A stretch of DNA of 64,000 nucleotides, taken from Ginglymostoma cirratum (taxonomy: Eukaryota). Under the pieces are notes generated by a model. The model saw nothing but the letters and a program-made list of their open reading frames with translations. It did not search any database and was not told the origin of the DNA. Both the position numbers and the translations under genes were made by a program. This document shows positions 26,038 through 40,129 of this stretch, piece after piece. The stretch is taken from positions 15,888,097 through 15,952,096 of the forward strand of contig JAHRHZ010000021.1 in assembly GCA_024137785.1 (NCBI GenBank), read 5' to 3'. The stretch's first letter is position 1; every line of letters starts with the position of its first letter.

Positions 26038-26101
26038 CTTTCCTGCTCCTATGATGCTGCTTGGCCTGCTGTGTTCATCCAGCCCCACACCCTGTTATCT
26101 T
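26004..26101 (+). mobile_element. Short PLE-derived insert
   Basis: tttctgatgaagggcctaggcccgaaacgtcaagctttcctgctcc...ctgttatct; no clear target duplication seen. Confidence 0.85.
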
Positions 26102-27154
26102 GCATTCCATTTAAGTGAGTTTGTATGCGCATCTTCTTAAATTTAATATCTCAGTTAACAAAGCAGAGTGCCACTTAGTTGGCTTCTAATCTTTCCAACA
26201 TTTCTTGTGCTTTGAGAGCTGTCGTTAATAAATCAATGACATATATCATTTTTACTTCACTTTCAGGAAAGGAGTTTGGCCTCTTGCTCCATTATTACAC
26301 AGTGATAGGACATTGTCCTGATGAAAAAATGTTGGCAAGCTTTGCTCCACCTAAAAAACAGCATCTGTTTGGTGCCTCAAGCAATAGTCAGGACTTAAAT
26401 GCGCATTTACTTGGAATTCAGTTAGCATTTGCATAATATTCCTTTCATTCTCCCGCTCTACAAATGGTTCTGTTATCATGGTGATCAGGCTCTGGGAGGT
26501 AATTGTCTCATGAGATGTGTAGTAACGGCACTTGAAAAGTTTCATGGCCTCTGGTATCAACATGCTTCCATTTGAATTACTGGAAGAGCAGAAGTATGAG
26601 GCTATTTTTAATAGAATTGCAGAATTCAATGATACCTAGGACTTGGCTACACTATCAGAGAGTAATCACTATTATAACTGGTGCAGATGTTTCAAGGAAT
26701 TGTTTCACCATTTGGATAGCAACCATACTCCACAGTGGTAAGATAAACTGTGGGGTTGATTTCCAACTTGAAAAGTGAGCTGACAGCGATGAAATTGGTG
26801 GGGAAGGGAATGGAGGGAGACGAGGGGTACAATGGCTGCCCCATTGATGTGCACCATGTGTGTGATGTGTTTTGTGCTTAGGATGCTCCGATATGCAATC
26901 CAATTAAGGCTAATGGAATCCACTTTCAATTTTCAAATACAAATGGTTTAAGGTCTCCAGGTACAATGACGGTGTTGGTGTAGTCAGTCTGACAATTCTG
27001 TGCCTGCTTTAGGTAGTAGTCAAATATTCCCCAGTGTCAGTTTCCTAAGCCTGTACAAAATGAGTTTATTTTGGCCCTGTTCTTGCAACTCAATAGTTAG
27101 TTATTCTTGTCTGAAAAATCTTGTGTTGTGGCTTTTCAGGATTTCCTATCTTTT

Positions 27155-27290
27155 CAAAAACCAAAAGAACTGCGGAAGCTGTAAATCAGGAACAAAAACA
27201 AAGTTGCTGGAAAAGCTCAGCAGGTCTGGCAGCATCTGTGGACGAGAAAACAGAGTTAACGTTTCAGGTCCGGTGACCCTTCCTCATGAC
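27155..27290 (-). mobile_element. Short PLE-derived insert (second subfamily)
   Basis: Minus strand tgaggaagggtcaccggacctgaaacgttaac; 13-bp duplication tttcctatctttt at 27142-27154 / 27291-27303. Confidence 0.85.
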
Positions 27291-27334
27291 TTTCCTATCT
27301 TTTTGTTCACTTTTTAATCAGTGATCAAATTCTT

Positions 27335-27460
27335 GGCTGGGAATCAGAAGTCAAGATCAACCTCCACTCCAGAGAAGTAAGTAAATAACACTGGTTGACG
27401 TTAGAGTGCAGTACTGAGGGCAATTTAATTTTACAAGCACTGCCTCTCAGATGAGCGTTT
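27335..27460 (+). mobile_element. DeuSINE/SacSINE1-like 5' fragment
   Basis: ccactccagag...agtgcagtactgaggg...tgcctctcagatgag. Confidence 0.6.
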
Positions 27461-27664
27461 TACTTTTGTTTTCATTTTATTAGCAATGTTCAAGCTATCA
27501 GCTATCACATTCACAACCTGAGTTTGCAGGAGATTCAGAGAGTAAAACATGAGGACAATGTAGAGAAAATAGTCAAACATTCACAATTTTCAGACCAGTT
27601 TCTATATGAAATTCTGCAGTTCTTGCATTGTTTAAACTCTTTAATATACAAATATTTAAAAAAA

Positions 27665-27965
27665 ACCCTGCATTCATGTCATCAGGGAGTCCCAAAGCAC
27701 CTTACAGCCTCAGCATACTTATGAAGTATACTGCAGTTGTAATGTGGAAACACAACAATCAATTTTCTTACAGAAAAACCTGACAACCAGTGATATAATA
27801 ATGATTAACTCATTCTCAGTGATGCTGGTTTGGAGTAAGTATTAGTCAGGATGCCGGAGAAAGTTCTCTTGCCCTTGCATCTACCACAGGGTCTTTTATG
27901 TCCATCCAAGGAGGCAGATAATTATTTAATCCCTCATGGCTCTGACAGTGCGGGACTTCCTCAGA
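27665..27965 (-). mobile_element. DeuSINE/SacSINE1-like body and tail
   Basis: Reverse complement of Deu-domain-like sequence and ggctgtaaggtgctttgggactccctga tail. Confidence 0.65.
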
Positions 27966-28214
27966 ATCCCCAGTGTAAGGTAATAATTCTAAATGGATTT
28001 GTGTAGAAGAGTGCAGTTAGGTCCAGCTGATCTGATTATAAGGACTCAGGCGGGGAAAGACAGAGCATTTTAGGATCTTGAAAGGGACAGATCTGTCATC
28101 CTAAGTCTCCCAATAGTTTGGGGACAATGTCTATTTCACTGATGTAATTTGTACCTGATTGCTATTCCACAATAAACCACATTATTTAAAACCTGTTCTA
28201 GAAAAGATTTTATT

Positions 28215-28702
28215 AAGTTGGACAGGTTCGGAAAAGATTTACCAGGATGTTGCCAGCAATGAAAGTTTGAGTTATAAGGAGAAACTGAATAGGCTGGGAC
28301 TTTTTGCACTGGAGTGTAGGAGGTTGAGGAGTGACCTTATAGAGGTTTATAAAATTATGAGGGGTACAGATAAGGTGAACGGCAGGTGACTTTTCCCTAG
28401 CATGGAGGATTTCAAGACTAGGGGGCATATTTTTAAGGTGAGAGGAGAACGATTTAAAAGAGACATGGGAGCAGTTTTTTCACACAGAGAGTGGCTCGTG
28501 TGTGGAATGAACTTCCAGATGAAGTGGTGGATGCATGTAGAATAGCAATGTTTAAAAGCCATTTGAATATGTTCATGAATAACAAATGTTTGGAGGGATA
28601 TAGGCCAAGTGCAGTCAGGTGGGACTAGTTTAGTCTGGGATAATGGTTGTCATGAACTGGTTGGACCAAAGGGTCTATTTCCGTACTGTATGACTCTATG
28701 AC
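28215..28702 (+). mobile_element. CR1 LINE 3' part
   Basis: LSYKEKLNRLGLFALECRRLRSDLIEVYKIMRG; tail ctgtatgactctatga. Confidence 0.93.
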
Positions 28703-28809
28703 AATATTTGCTTCTCATTAGACTATCTTATGGTTTTTCTCTACTATTTTAGACCAAGTATACTCGTTCTGTAAATGAGGATGATGTCAGCTAACTATCC
28801 AACTGCATC

Positions 28810-29187
28810 TTATCTTATAGAAACATATAAAATAATGAAGGGAATAAATGAGATAAAAGCAGGGAGGCTGTTTCCACTGGAGGGTGAAACTAGAACTAGA
28901 GGGCATAGCCTTGAAATAAGGGGGACAGATTCAGGACTGGGCCAAGGAGGAACTTCTCCCAAAGGGTTGTGAATCTGTGGAATTCCCTGCCCGGTGAAGC
29001 AGTTGAGGCCACCTCATTGGATGTGTTTAAGGCAAAGGTAGATTTTCGAACAGTAAAGGAATTAAGGGTATGGTGAGTTGGCGGGTACGTGGAGCTGAGT
29101 CCACGAAAAGATCAACCATAATTTTATTGAATGGCAGGACAGGTTCGAGGGGTCAGATGGCCTCCTCCTATTCTTATGTTCTTATGC
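28810..29187 (+). mobile_element. CR1 LINE 3' end
   Basis: LIETYKIMKGINEIKAGRLFPLEGETRTRGHSL; tail ttcttatgttcttatg. Confidence 0.92.
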
Positions 29188-29229
29188 TCACATGTTGGCA
29201 GTGGTTGGCATGACTTGCTCATATGACAA

Positions 29230-29330
29230 GTGCTGCACTGGAAGGTGAGTCTACATTTTGTGTCTGAGTCTCTGGAGTTGGATTTTAAACCCACAATGCA
29301 CTGACTTGGAGATGAGAGTATTACCGTTTA
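29230..29330 (-). mobile_element. DeuSINE/SacSINE1-like head fragment
   Basis: gagtctctggagttggattttaaacccacaa is the reverse complement of the head seen at 1780-1810. Confidence 0.55.
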
Positions 29331-30237
29331 GTTATCTCTAAAGACATTGAATTATCTATGTTAGCACTGGCATCAATTATTCATGACAATGCCCTTTAAG
29401 TAAAACTTGGTGTATGAGAATAGATGCATGACTGGCATACAAAACATTCAATATATTAGGCTAGTTGTCACAATGCAAATGGTGTGACCCATATATAAAC
29501 AAAATATTGCAGAGTTTTCTATCTTTGCAACACTTAGATCCTAACAATCATAACTTATTAGATATCAAAGCTTCCATTGTGTTTTGGTTTTACATTGTAC
29601 TAAATTTCACAAAGACTCTGACAAGTGGTTACTATGGTTACTCCTTTGTTTGATCGACAGCCTGCAGGGAGTACCATATTTCAAAGGTTTGCAGCACTGC
29701 ATGCATGCCTACTAAAAAGGCAAGCAAATATTGTCAACTCCAGCTTTAAATAACTAGGAAAATATGAACACAACTGACATGCGTAACAATCTTACATTTG
29801 TTAAAATGATATGATAATCACTTAGATCCCACATCTTAAAAATTACAAGTGTACTGTGAGGATTGTTTGAGAGCATATTAATTAATAGTTCAGCATTGGG
29901 ATGCTTTAGATGGGTGGTTTTGCTTTTGACATTTTCTTTCAAGCTTTTGTGTCTCTTGGGATAATTATAATGACATTTGATCCTGTTCTAATAAATAGCT
30001 TTACATTTTGTAGTACAATGACTAAATCAACAAAAAATGAAGCATCTACAGATGCAGCAGCAGATTCAACTTAAATACATAAGGCTAAGTAAATATAGAT
30101 CTAGTTTTGAAATGGGAAAGCGAAAATAATTTTCCATCTCTCTTCCATTTACCGACTGAACCTTCTCTTTGTTATCAGTCATTGCCTTCATTTTACAAGA
30201 TAACAAAATAGATCTAAAACCAAAGAATATCACTTTC

Positions 30238-30700
30238 TTTTATTTTATTTATTATTGTCACATGTAACAAAACAGTGAAAAGTGCTGTCTTACGTGCTTT
30301 ACAGGCAGATCGTACTATACAAGTGCATCAGGATAACAGGACAGAGTGCAGGATACAATGGTACAGGAGCCGAGAAGGTGTAGAGAAAGATCAACATTAA
30401 CATTAAAGAGGTCCATTCAAAAGTCTGATCACAGCAGGAAAGAAGCTGTTCTTGAATCTGTTCATACATGTATACAAACTTTTATATCTTCTGCCCACTT
30501 GAAAAGGGTGGAAGAGAGTATAACCGGGGTGGGAGTGGTCTTTGATTATGCTGATTGCTTTCCCGAGGCAGCAGGAAGTATAGATGAAGTCAACGGATGG
30601 GAGGCTGATTTGTGTGATGGACTGGGCTGTGTTCACAACTCTCTGTAGTTTCTTTTGGTATTGGGAAGAGCAGTTGCCATACTACACTGTGATGCATCTG
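30238..30700 (-). mobile_element. Rex1/Babar-type LINE 3' end
   Basis: AQSITQISLPSVDFIYTSCCLGKAISIIKDHSHPGYTLFHP..GRRYKSL..NRFKNSFFPAVIRLLN; AT-rich tail with aataaa on the minus strand. Confidence 0.85.
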
Positions 30701-31427
30701 TACCTTTGGAGGCTTAGGAATAAATTTTTGGAGACAAATTACTGATTTAAGTCTTTGGTTCAAGGGATCAGCAGTTATCTGAAATTGATGGTCGCATATG
30801 TGTGAGCTTGATTAGAAACCATAAACCACAGTTTAAATTCATTATCTGTAAATTTCCACAGACCTCCAGTTCCTAATATTGATAAAACATACTCCTCTGG
30901 AAGATTTTATCCACCATGATGACATCCCTGGTTTCAAAGTTTGTATCTTATGACACAGAGCCAAATTGATGAGGAAAACGGAGAACAGAAGTGGCCTTCC
31001 AAGTTTCTAAGGGAACTAAGATGTAAACTGGAGTTGGAAACCAAAATTTTCAGGGACATTGTAGAGGAGATGTAGCCATCAGACGTCACTAGATAAAGGT
31101 GAGTTCAGTGGTGCAGTGCAGGCAGACTGAAAAAAAGCAAGTTAGATCCGGAAGATGGGAATAGAAAATCATCCAGTTGTTTTGGCTATTAACCTTATGT
31201 TTAACACTGGTGGATCTACAATACCCTGATGTTGCTCATGGATTTCTTCTATTTTAAACATAGATTAATTAATTAATTCTTTCAGTAAACAGTTGGGATT
31301 TCCAATTCCCTTCTTTAGAACATAATGTTACTGGAATTGACTAAAAAAACTCTTTCCACACATTTTGGGTTACAAAATTAAGAAAGGGCAAATCCATATA
31401 TAACAAACAAAACACAACTAAAACTAA

Positions 31428-31662
31428 AGTAAAACCAAGAACTGCAGTTGCTGGAAAACTTGAATGAAAACAGAAATTGCTGGAGAAGCTCAGCAGTAGG
31501 GATTCTATGATAAAGGATTCTATGATGAAGGTTTGGCAACATCAGTGAAAAGAAAGCATAGTTAATGTTTTTGGGTTGTGTGACTCTAATGTTGACTCTG
31601 CTTTCTCTGCACAGATGTTGCCAGACTTGCTGAGTTTCTCCAGCAATTTCTGTTTCTATTAC
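31428..31662. mobile_element. Older palindromic PLE-derived element
   Basis: Inverted arms aacagaaattgctggagaagctcagca / tgctgagtttctccagcaatttctgtt; central hammerhead largely deleted. Confidence 0.75.
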
Positions 31663-31799
31663 AAATAAAAATAAGTTGTCCAAGCATTTCCTTGTATCGA
31701 ACTCTTAAGATCAGCAAGCTTGCTACCTTCCCATGACAAAATCTAATTGATTCTTACGTAAGATTGATTACTGAAAATTCAATAATAATTTTGAAATGG

Positions 31800-32330
31800 T
31801 TCTTTAAATGTTCACCATTGCTTACCTACTATCTCATCTGTTAATCTAATTTCCCAAACTGCTTAACCAATTTGCTTCTTATACCAATATTGTTGGACTT
31901 CCTTCAGTTTAATATATCAGTTTTAGACTTAACTAAGCCACTCTTACACTCCGTGTGACATTCTACAATAAAACGATCATTCTTCCTAGAGGATTCCTCA
32001 ATATGATATCACTAAATAGCCTTGTCTCATTATACAGTACAAGACCTAAGTAGCAACAGTTCCGAAGATGAGTGGTTGAACTCAAAACATTAACATTTTT
32101 CTCTCTCCGCAGATACTGCCAAACCTGCCAAATTTCTTCAATGTTTTCGATTTTATTTTAAATAGTCTTAGCAATAGTTGGTTTCATTATAAAGTGTCTT
32201 GAGAAATTATCTCAAATACATTCGATGATCTTGCCTTCCAACCTACTTTTGTAAAACTTGTTTTGTCCAGGCTATGTTCCTGCTACTTAATGCATAAATT
32301 TAACAAATTCGTATTATTGCTTGATTAATA
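31800..32330 (-). mobile_element. Old CR1 endonuclease-region fragment containing a short PLE insert (about 32056-32160)
   Basis: Minus strand DLVLYNETRLFSDIILRNPLGRMIV resembles the CR1 LDLVL.N..G.V..L.V..PLG.SDH segment; the insert starts cagttccgaagatgagt...actcaaaacattaac. Confidence 0.55.
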
Positions 32331-35300
32331 CTCTACCTGACATTATAGCTAGTGTTCATGGTCATTTGCTTTTAGGTTGCTCTTTAATGATATTCTTTCC
32401 GACAACCACAAGAATATTTCAAGTTTAAGTTTAAAACTTAATGGGTGTGTTTGCCTCATCAGTTCCATGAAGCCTGCTAGTGTTCTTTAAGTAGCATTTT
32501 CTCATTCCTGTTTCATTTTCCACATTTAATCTTATTATAGTTGAAATGGTAGTCCTGTAACTTGAAGTCCAAGAGATAGGTTGAAGTGATGTATGTGAAA
32601 GTTGTGAACACTTCCTCGGGAAGCTGGTTGTGAAGCCAGATTTCATCATTGATGAGGAAGGTCAAGGCAGTAACTGTATGATTGTCTTTTATTACACTAA
32701 ACTGGTTCCTTAAGTTTGGAAATTGATGGCTTCGCTTCCAGACATAGCAAAGCATAAGTGTTATAGCCCAAGATCCAACTTCCATTTAATAATATATTAA
32801 TAAATAATTTTGCGTATTGCATCACGAACTGTGCTTCGCAACAATTTTTTTGATGTTTTACAGGATATACAATTTCATCTTATTCACAAATCTGGTTGTA
32901 TTAAGTTTTGTTACACAATATTTCAGAAACTTGCCTCACTAATCCTCTTTGGTTCAAATACAGAATAACACGTAGGGATGGAAAGCAGTGGATTACAGTC
33001 TAAAAATTTAAAGCAATGCATTAAGTTTACTGACTATTTGAATTGTGATAAATTGCTATGTAAGAATGTCTGTATAAACACTCTGTTTAGAGCTCTTGAC
33101 ATTCTGTTCCAGTCACTCTAAGGTACCAGTGGTCTGTTTGCATGTAGTCCCACATGCAGATACAGGTAGACATCAGGGTAGATTTTCATGTTGGAGTTGG
33201 GTATCACAAGCTGGGTGATTTCGGTATGTCATGTTCATTCCCCCCCCATACACCCTCCTGCCCTCATGCATCCTTTATGCCAACACATGAACATTATAAT
33301 AACACTGCAAATTCTCTGAAATGCTCATGAAATTGACAAAATGAAAATTAACCCATTCAAATTCCATTTGAAAGAATATTCCTCTACTTATGAACTCATA
33401 AAGCTGTCAATAAAGCACAACCACTCAAGATCCAGTTGAAAAAAATAATATCATAAGCATTACGAAATTTATAAAAATAAACAACTATTTAAAAACCTCC
33501 CTTTTAGAAAAAACTGGATATCATTAACTGGGTATCATTGACTTCTGATAAAATTGTTATTCAAATAAAGCTCACAATCTGTTAGAAGGTGGAACTCAGA
33601 CAAACATTCATACCAGGATCCAATTGTATAGCTGAATAAACAGATACCCCAGAGCTTAATATGTTGAAGTGATTAAAGTTGACTGAACAAATGGTAACTT
33701 AATGGATCATCTTTCAATCCAAGAAATCAGGCAATTGTTCATTTTTTTCAAAGACTGAGCAGATGTTTGAACATCAAAGACACAGGTCCAGCTGACACAT
33801 CATAAAATGATTCTTAATATGGCTGAATGCATTGGAGCTATTTATCCTGTGGAGAAAGCTCCCTAATGTATCTGAACACTTAAACAATAGTGTTCAATTA
33901 GTGATGGCTAATATTTTCAGGATCTAACCAGTGGTAACTTGCTGCATTAAAACATATATAAATTATTATATAGCATCTAATTGTGACATTTGAAGTTGTT
34001 AATACTTTTAAAACTTGCCTATAAAAGTTCCTGACTCCTTAACATGCTTACCTCAATGTTCACTCGTTGATTAACCTGTAGTGTTTCACACACAGATTTT
34101 AGTTACCTGGCTGTCTCCCTGAAGGTGTCAAACTCAACTAAATTCAAAATTGAGGCAGGGATTTAAAAGACTGAATGTCACATCATCTTCCATGGTGTCG
34201 GACTGCAACTTTTTCTGGCTGGTCAGAGTCACAGCTGTCAGTAATTGCTGTCAAACTTAAATTGATCGTCTTCCCATTCCAGGTGTGTTTTCAGTGTTTG
34301 GGTGGTAAAGTCCAGTCCAAATAGTCTTGGAGACATGGGGCAGTTCCAGGGAAAAGTTCTTTGTCAGATTTGAATATATTGGCACTCTGTGGGAACATTT
34401 CTTTATATGCATCATGAGTGGTAGCAGAAGTGGGCAAACCCACAATGAAATGATTCCAAGCAGAGTGCCAGTTCTCTGGTGTAGTCCTGACTCCTGGCAA
34501 TTTCCAAAGAAGCCAGGGCTGAGTGCAAAACTCCTATCCATTTGGAAGTGGAAGGAGACCAGAAGAGCCAATGGAGGTGCCTATGTAAGGCACATTTCCA
34601 AAACTGACAGGAGTTTTCTTTTCTGGCGACAAAAGCATGGCCACAGGAAGGAGACACTGACTTTGTAGCAGACTGTGTGGTTGGGGGCTGGGGTTGCTAG
34701 GAGGACAAACTCTGTACAGATCCATACACTATTGCTTCCCATTCCCCTGATGATGGATGAAGTTGGGCATAGCTGCCGTCACCCCGTGGAAGAATTTCCC
34801 TGACAAAGCTCCCTGACAGCCTTTGTGGCCTTTTTCAAATATCATGTGCCAAGAGGCAACATCTTGAGGCACCCTGTCCCTCTCACCTACAGTGGGAAGC
34901 ATAATTTAAAGTGATGGAGGGCTTCCAGTAGCATCAGGAGCCTTTCCATCTTCTCTAATTGAATGACAAGCATGCCTCCTGTCAATTATTGGATATTCCC
35001 TCAAATTTGTGACCATGTGACTAATCCTCGCACTATATGTATCAGAATATTGATTTGATCCCAGCCTTGGTGTCTCGACCCCAAACTAATATGCTTCCGG
35101 TGATGCCAGCATTAACATGTATCTGACTTTTTGAGCAACTGGTGGATTCAATTCATAATTGTTTTATTTCAGCTCCTAGTTATTCATTAGACAGTCAATA
35201 CTGATGTGATTTGTCATCTTCAGTGAACACTTTGTCCAGATTGTCTAATCAGGGTAAAATAGACTATTGCATTTTTGCTTTGTGTTGCACAGCCAGGTCA

Positions 35301-35649
35301 ATGTTTTCAGCAGTTTTGCATTGAAATGCAAAATTCTTTTTATTTATGAATAAATGTCTGCATTAACCTTTTTCATAAAATACATAACATTTGAAGGGAA
35401 CAAGTGTATACCATCAATGATCATGCATGCAACTCCCACTGCTGACTTCTAAGTAAGCTAACTCATGAGATTTTCAGGGTTATCACTATTGATCATTTGT
35501 GATAAATTACTGGCACTTGGACCTCAGATGCGGGAACCATTCAAAAGCAAAATACTGCAGGTGATATGAACAGAAAATGCTCAAAACATTCTGGGTAGGC
35601 AGCATCTGTACAGAGAATCAGATCAATGATCTTCCTTTAAATGAACTAT

Positions 35650-35835
35650 TACTTCAACCAACGTTGCTAAAACAAATTACCTGGTCTATTATTTGGTTGC
35701 TGTTTTGTGTGACCCTGTGGTGTGCAGATTGGCTGTCATGTCTCCTTGCAAGATAAACACAATTAGATTTCCAAAATACTTTCAGTAGCTGAAAAAGACA
35801 TTGAAATATCCTGAATATGTGAAAGACACTGTGGA
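35650..35835 (+). mobile_element. DeuSINE/SacSINE1-like Deu domain and tail
   Basis: tcaaccaacgttgctaaaacaaattacctggtc...gctgttttgtgtgaccctgtggtgtgcagattggctg. Confidence 0.7.
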
Positions 35836-35837
35836 GA

Positions 35838-36060
35838 ACTTAGAACAATACAGTACAGGAACAGGACCTTTAGCCCACCATGTATGCGCTGACCATGATG
35901 CCATTCTGAACTAACTCCATCTGCCTGCTCATGATCTGTATCCTTGTATTTATCCAAACTCTCCCTTGGCTAATACACTCCAATCCAGGCAATATCCTGA
36001 TAAAGCTCTTTTGTATCCTCTCCAAAGCCTCCACATCCTGCTTATAGTATGGTGACCATG
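35838..36060 (-). mobile_element. CR1 3' fragment with internal deletion
   Basis: WSPYYKQDVEALERIQKSFIRILPGLE joined almost directly to the tail. Confidence 0.8.
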
Positions 36061-36234
36061 GGAGATTATGCATGAAATGCAAATCGTTTCTACATTTTTT
36101 CTCTACTTACTTCATTATATCTATGCTATTTGACTAAACCAAACTAATCTCTTTGCCCTATATCTCCCACAAACCTATTTCCCCCACTGCATCAAAGTTG
36201 CTTTTGCTCTTCTCCAAAGGTCTCTCACTTTACT

Positions 36235-36645
36235 TAAAATAAGAACAATGCTGAAGAAACTTGGCAAGTCTGGCAGCTTCTGTGAACAGGGGAACACATT
36301 TAACATTTCAGACCCGATATGACCCTTCAGAAAAGAATAAGAATGAGAGAGCACAAATTTAAAATAATTTGCAAAAGGAGCAAAGGTGATGGAAAAGAAA
36401 AACATTTTCACAGAATGAGTGGTTTGGGTTGAGAATGCACTGCATGGAAGTGTGTTCAAGGCAGCTTTAATTAGGACATTCAGGAAGGTGTTAGATGATG
36501 GTTTCATTTAAATAAAGTGCAAAGATGAGGGGAAAAAGAACAGAAGAATGGCACTCAGTCATGATGTTCATTTGGAGAGTCAGTGTAGATGTAATGGGCC
36601 AAATAGCCACTTTTTGCGACGTAACACATTTACAAGTCTGTGATC
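36235..36645. mobile_element. PLE-derived short insert (minus, about 36235-36332) followed by a CR1 3' end (plus, about 36345-36645)
   Basis: ttaacatttcagacccgatatgacccttcaga is a minus-strand hammerhead remnant; ttttcacagaatgagtggtttgggttgagaatgcactgc is a CR1 C-terminus. Confidence 0.65.
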
Positions 36646-39600
36646 TTGATGAAATGTAAACCGACATCTATTTATAAACTTCAGCTAGATGCATTATAAC
36701 AATACCAATTAAATGTAAGTATCACATCCCTTCATTAGGAATATTAACCACAGTAATGTTGAACTCTCATAGTTGTTATGGAAATTGAAATTCCAGTCGT
36801 GTCTCGAGTCAGCCGCATATTTTCTGTTATCTGGCAGCAAATGACAGGTCAACTGCAACCTGCAATATGGAGATCTCCCAGTCTTGACAACTCAGGAAAG
36901 CTTCTACCCACTCATGAAAAGAGGGGCAGAGACCTTGCTAAGTTTTTCTGTCAGAATGAATGATCACTTCTGTAGAGGAATGCTTTTCATATTGAACCCA
37001 ATTGTGCATCTTGCTCAGGAACAAAAGTGCGGTCATTTGTTGAAGATACTCTTTCTGATTGTTTTGGAATTATTTCACACGCATCATAATAAATGATTTT
37101 AATACCTGAGATTCTGCAGTAAAATAAATGAATAGAATTTATATGCTGCTTTTCAAAGGCTAACAATTTCATGATCTTTTCTATATGTCCTGCGATTGCT
37201 TAACACTGGCATTGCAATATAGCAGAATTCCTCGCTATGGACAGCTAAATTAGATTCACAGTTCTAACTGTACACATTGGCAACAATTTGCTATCTCTGT
37301 ATGGATATAGAGAATCAAAAGACATTAATAATCATATGCGTATATTCATTCATTTTTAGTGATAGCATTGCCTTTAAGTTTTCCCTGCCCACTATTTTGT
37401 TTCTGTAAAAATGTCCGCACTAAAAACACTTTACTTTGGAATAGGAACAGGTCATTGGATCCAACAAATCAGTTCTTCCTTCAGAATAACTTCCCCATCT
37501 ACAGCTTCTCACCTTATTTCCTCAATCCCTTCTAATTGTCTCGTGAATCCATTCTTTCTGTCCAATAGGAACAACTCAAAGAAAAACAGAGAGGTGGAGA
37601 GGAGTAAAGGTTTAAGAAGAAATTTGAGCTTCAAGGCCAAGCAGCTGAAGTTGCAGCCATCCATGTTGGGGCAATGAAAATCGAGAATTGGAGTTAGGGT
37701 AGAGATCTTGGAGGATTACCAGGCACTTGGAGATTAGGAAGATTTGAAAGGGTGCAGTTTTCGAGTGTTCTAGACAATGCCATTATCACAGACCAGAACA
37801 CAATTTATTTCCAAATTTCAGGCAGGTGCATTATAATAAGATGCTGATTAAATGTATGTTTTATATTCCTTTACTAAATGACAGTACTGGCAGCATAAAT
37901 GTTGTCCTCATAGTTGCTTTGGGTGTTAGTAACTTACTGCATATATCAGTCAGCTTTTAGATGGAAAAATAGCCATGCCTGATATTTAATCTGAATACTG
38001 AAGGGATGAGTTCACCTTCCATCTGACCGATGCAGAGTTGCTGGTCTGGCCACTCTTGTTGCCTACCCTTTCCTCACACCATTTTAATTTATACTCGTGC
38101 GAAGTACAAACCTAATCCAGAGTTGAACCTTATTACCATGCTGCTAGCAAGCCAGTTAGATATCCTGCAGCTTGGGCACTGACACATTTGCTATATCTGG
38201 GAGGGACAACTGGATGTTTGACCTCAACTGCACAAAAATAATGTTTTACCTGCCTTATGTGGTTGCCTGGGAACGACCAAACATGCCCTTTTTAGGGAGA
38301 CTTCCTACTTGCCCTAACTGCAAAAGATCAATGCACACAGAGGTCCTGCTGAAGTTAAATAAGTAAAGTCACAGAATGGATCAAGACAGGTCACTGCAAA
38401 GCTTATTACTGTTGTAATGGTTGATGCTTAGGAGTGCTTTAAGCATCAACCACAATGAAGCTGTTGTATGAAGGCAGTATCGCCTGACACCAACCGAAAG
38501 GTTCACATTGTGCATGCAAAAGGTTTTGTGTATGCTCACTTTGTGAAGTGCCTTGCCAGTATAAAACATTGTGGCGCCCAAATAAGCACAAAAAATATGA
38601 GTAAAGAGGACAATATAGTGTCACTGGCTGCACTGTCAGGGGTACTGTGCATACATGTTTTGCACTTGTATTGAGGGCATTTTGGGGATGTCAGACATTC
38701 TTATCACATGGGCTTTTTGGGAGAACAGCTTTGGATTTCCAAAAAGTAAAATGCATTATCTGAGTCCTAAAAGTTTCTGTGACATTTTCTATCATATCAA
38801 TATAACATGAACATAGTTACCATCAAGCAATCAACTATATCTTGTTTAAGACAAGAGCATTTTCTCATTAGACTACCAGGTGGGCTTCCTCTATGCTGAG
38901 CCAAGGAGACCTCTGTAGGTCTCTATTAGGGAAGAAGATGGTGGTAGCTATTCTACCTTATAATGGGCGATAGCACAGAGACCATGATGAGGAATGAAAT
39001 GGATTGTTCAAACAACAGGTACAATCTATTCTACCAACTAAAGTTTTGTCCTACAGTGCTGTCAAAAATGAAAGTGGATGAAACCCAGCGCCGGTGTCAA
39101 ATCTACCCATTGAGGGTCCACTAACAAGGCAGTGTGGATGATCGAGACTGCACTAAAATTCTGTGAAGCTGAGAGGCTCAGGTATCAAATTAACACCTAA
39201 CAGTGATAAATTAAAATTTTCTGTTGCCTGGCTTGTGGATGTGAAAATTGCCTTCTTCCAGTTGTGCTAGCATCCACTAAAACTTTGCTTATATTTTTTG
39301 CATTGTTTAATGAAGTATAAAAAGTAGTTTGCTTAGCCGTCAGATTTTATGGCTACTTTATTCAGTTTTGATGAACTTATAAAAGCAAGCACTGCTGTCA
39401 AATTGGCACAGCCTAAATAACATACCAATCAAAAACCTTATAAATTTCATATGCCACAATATTTATACAAATAAATGAAGTCCCTTAGGAAGGAAAAATA
39501 GCAGTCTGACTGTAAGTCATTACCATGAAGATTGTAGTGATGTTGTCTCATTTACTAATACTTTTTACATCTGTATATTATAGTTAATGGTTCCAGTTTA

Positions 39601-40129
39601 TTTCAGTAAATTCCTGATCTGGTTCCTAGGCACTATAAAGTTAGAGAATAACATTCCAGAAGCCCATCTCACCTCACACAGATATGAAACAATCCAGAAA
39701 CAAAACACAGTCATTTGTTTTAAAATCTAGTCCTCCAGAAACAGCTGTACCTCAGCTAAAGAGTGCTGATTCTGTGGAATTCACTATGAAGGGAATTATT
39801 GAGGCAAATAGTATAGACACATTTGAGGGGAAGTTGTAAACACGAGGGAGAAGGAAATAGAAAGTCTCAGTGATAGGGAGAGATGATAAAGAATAACAGA
39901 CGGTACAAATGGACCATTGATGCTAACTTGGATTGATTAAGATTATGACGAGAGTTACCAATATTATGTAAATGATGAAAGCAATAGAAAGTTCCCTTGG
40001 TTATTTTCAACCTTAGTAGGTGCAGTAATTTGGCAGAAACAGCTGAAAAGATTCTGATGCTGCAAGTTCTGCATTCAGCAAAGTTTTATCACTGTACCAC
40101 TGCCTCAGTGGATTTCGGGCATGACATGA

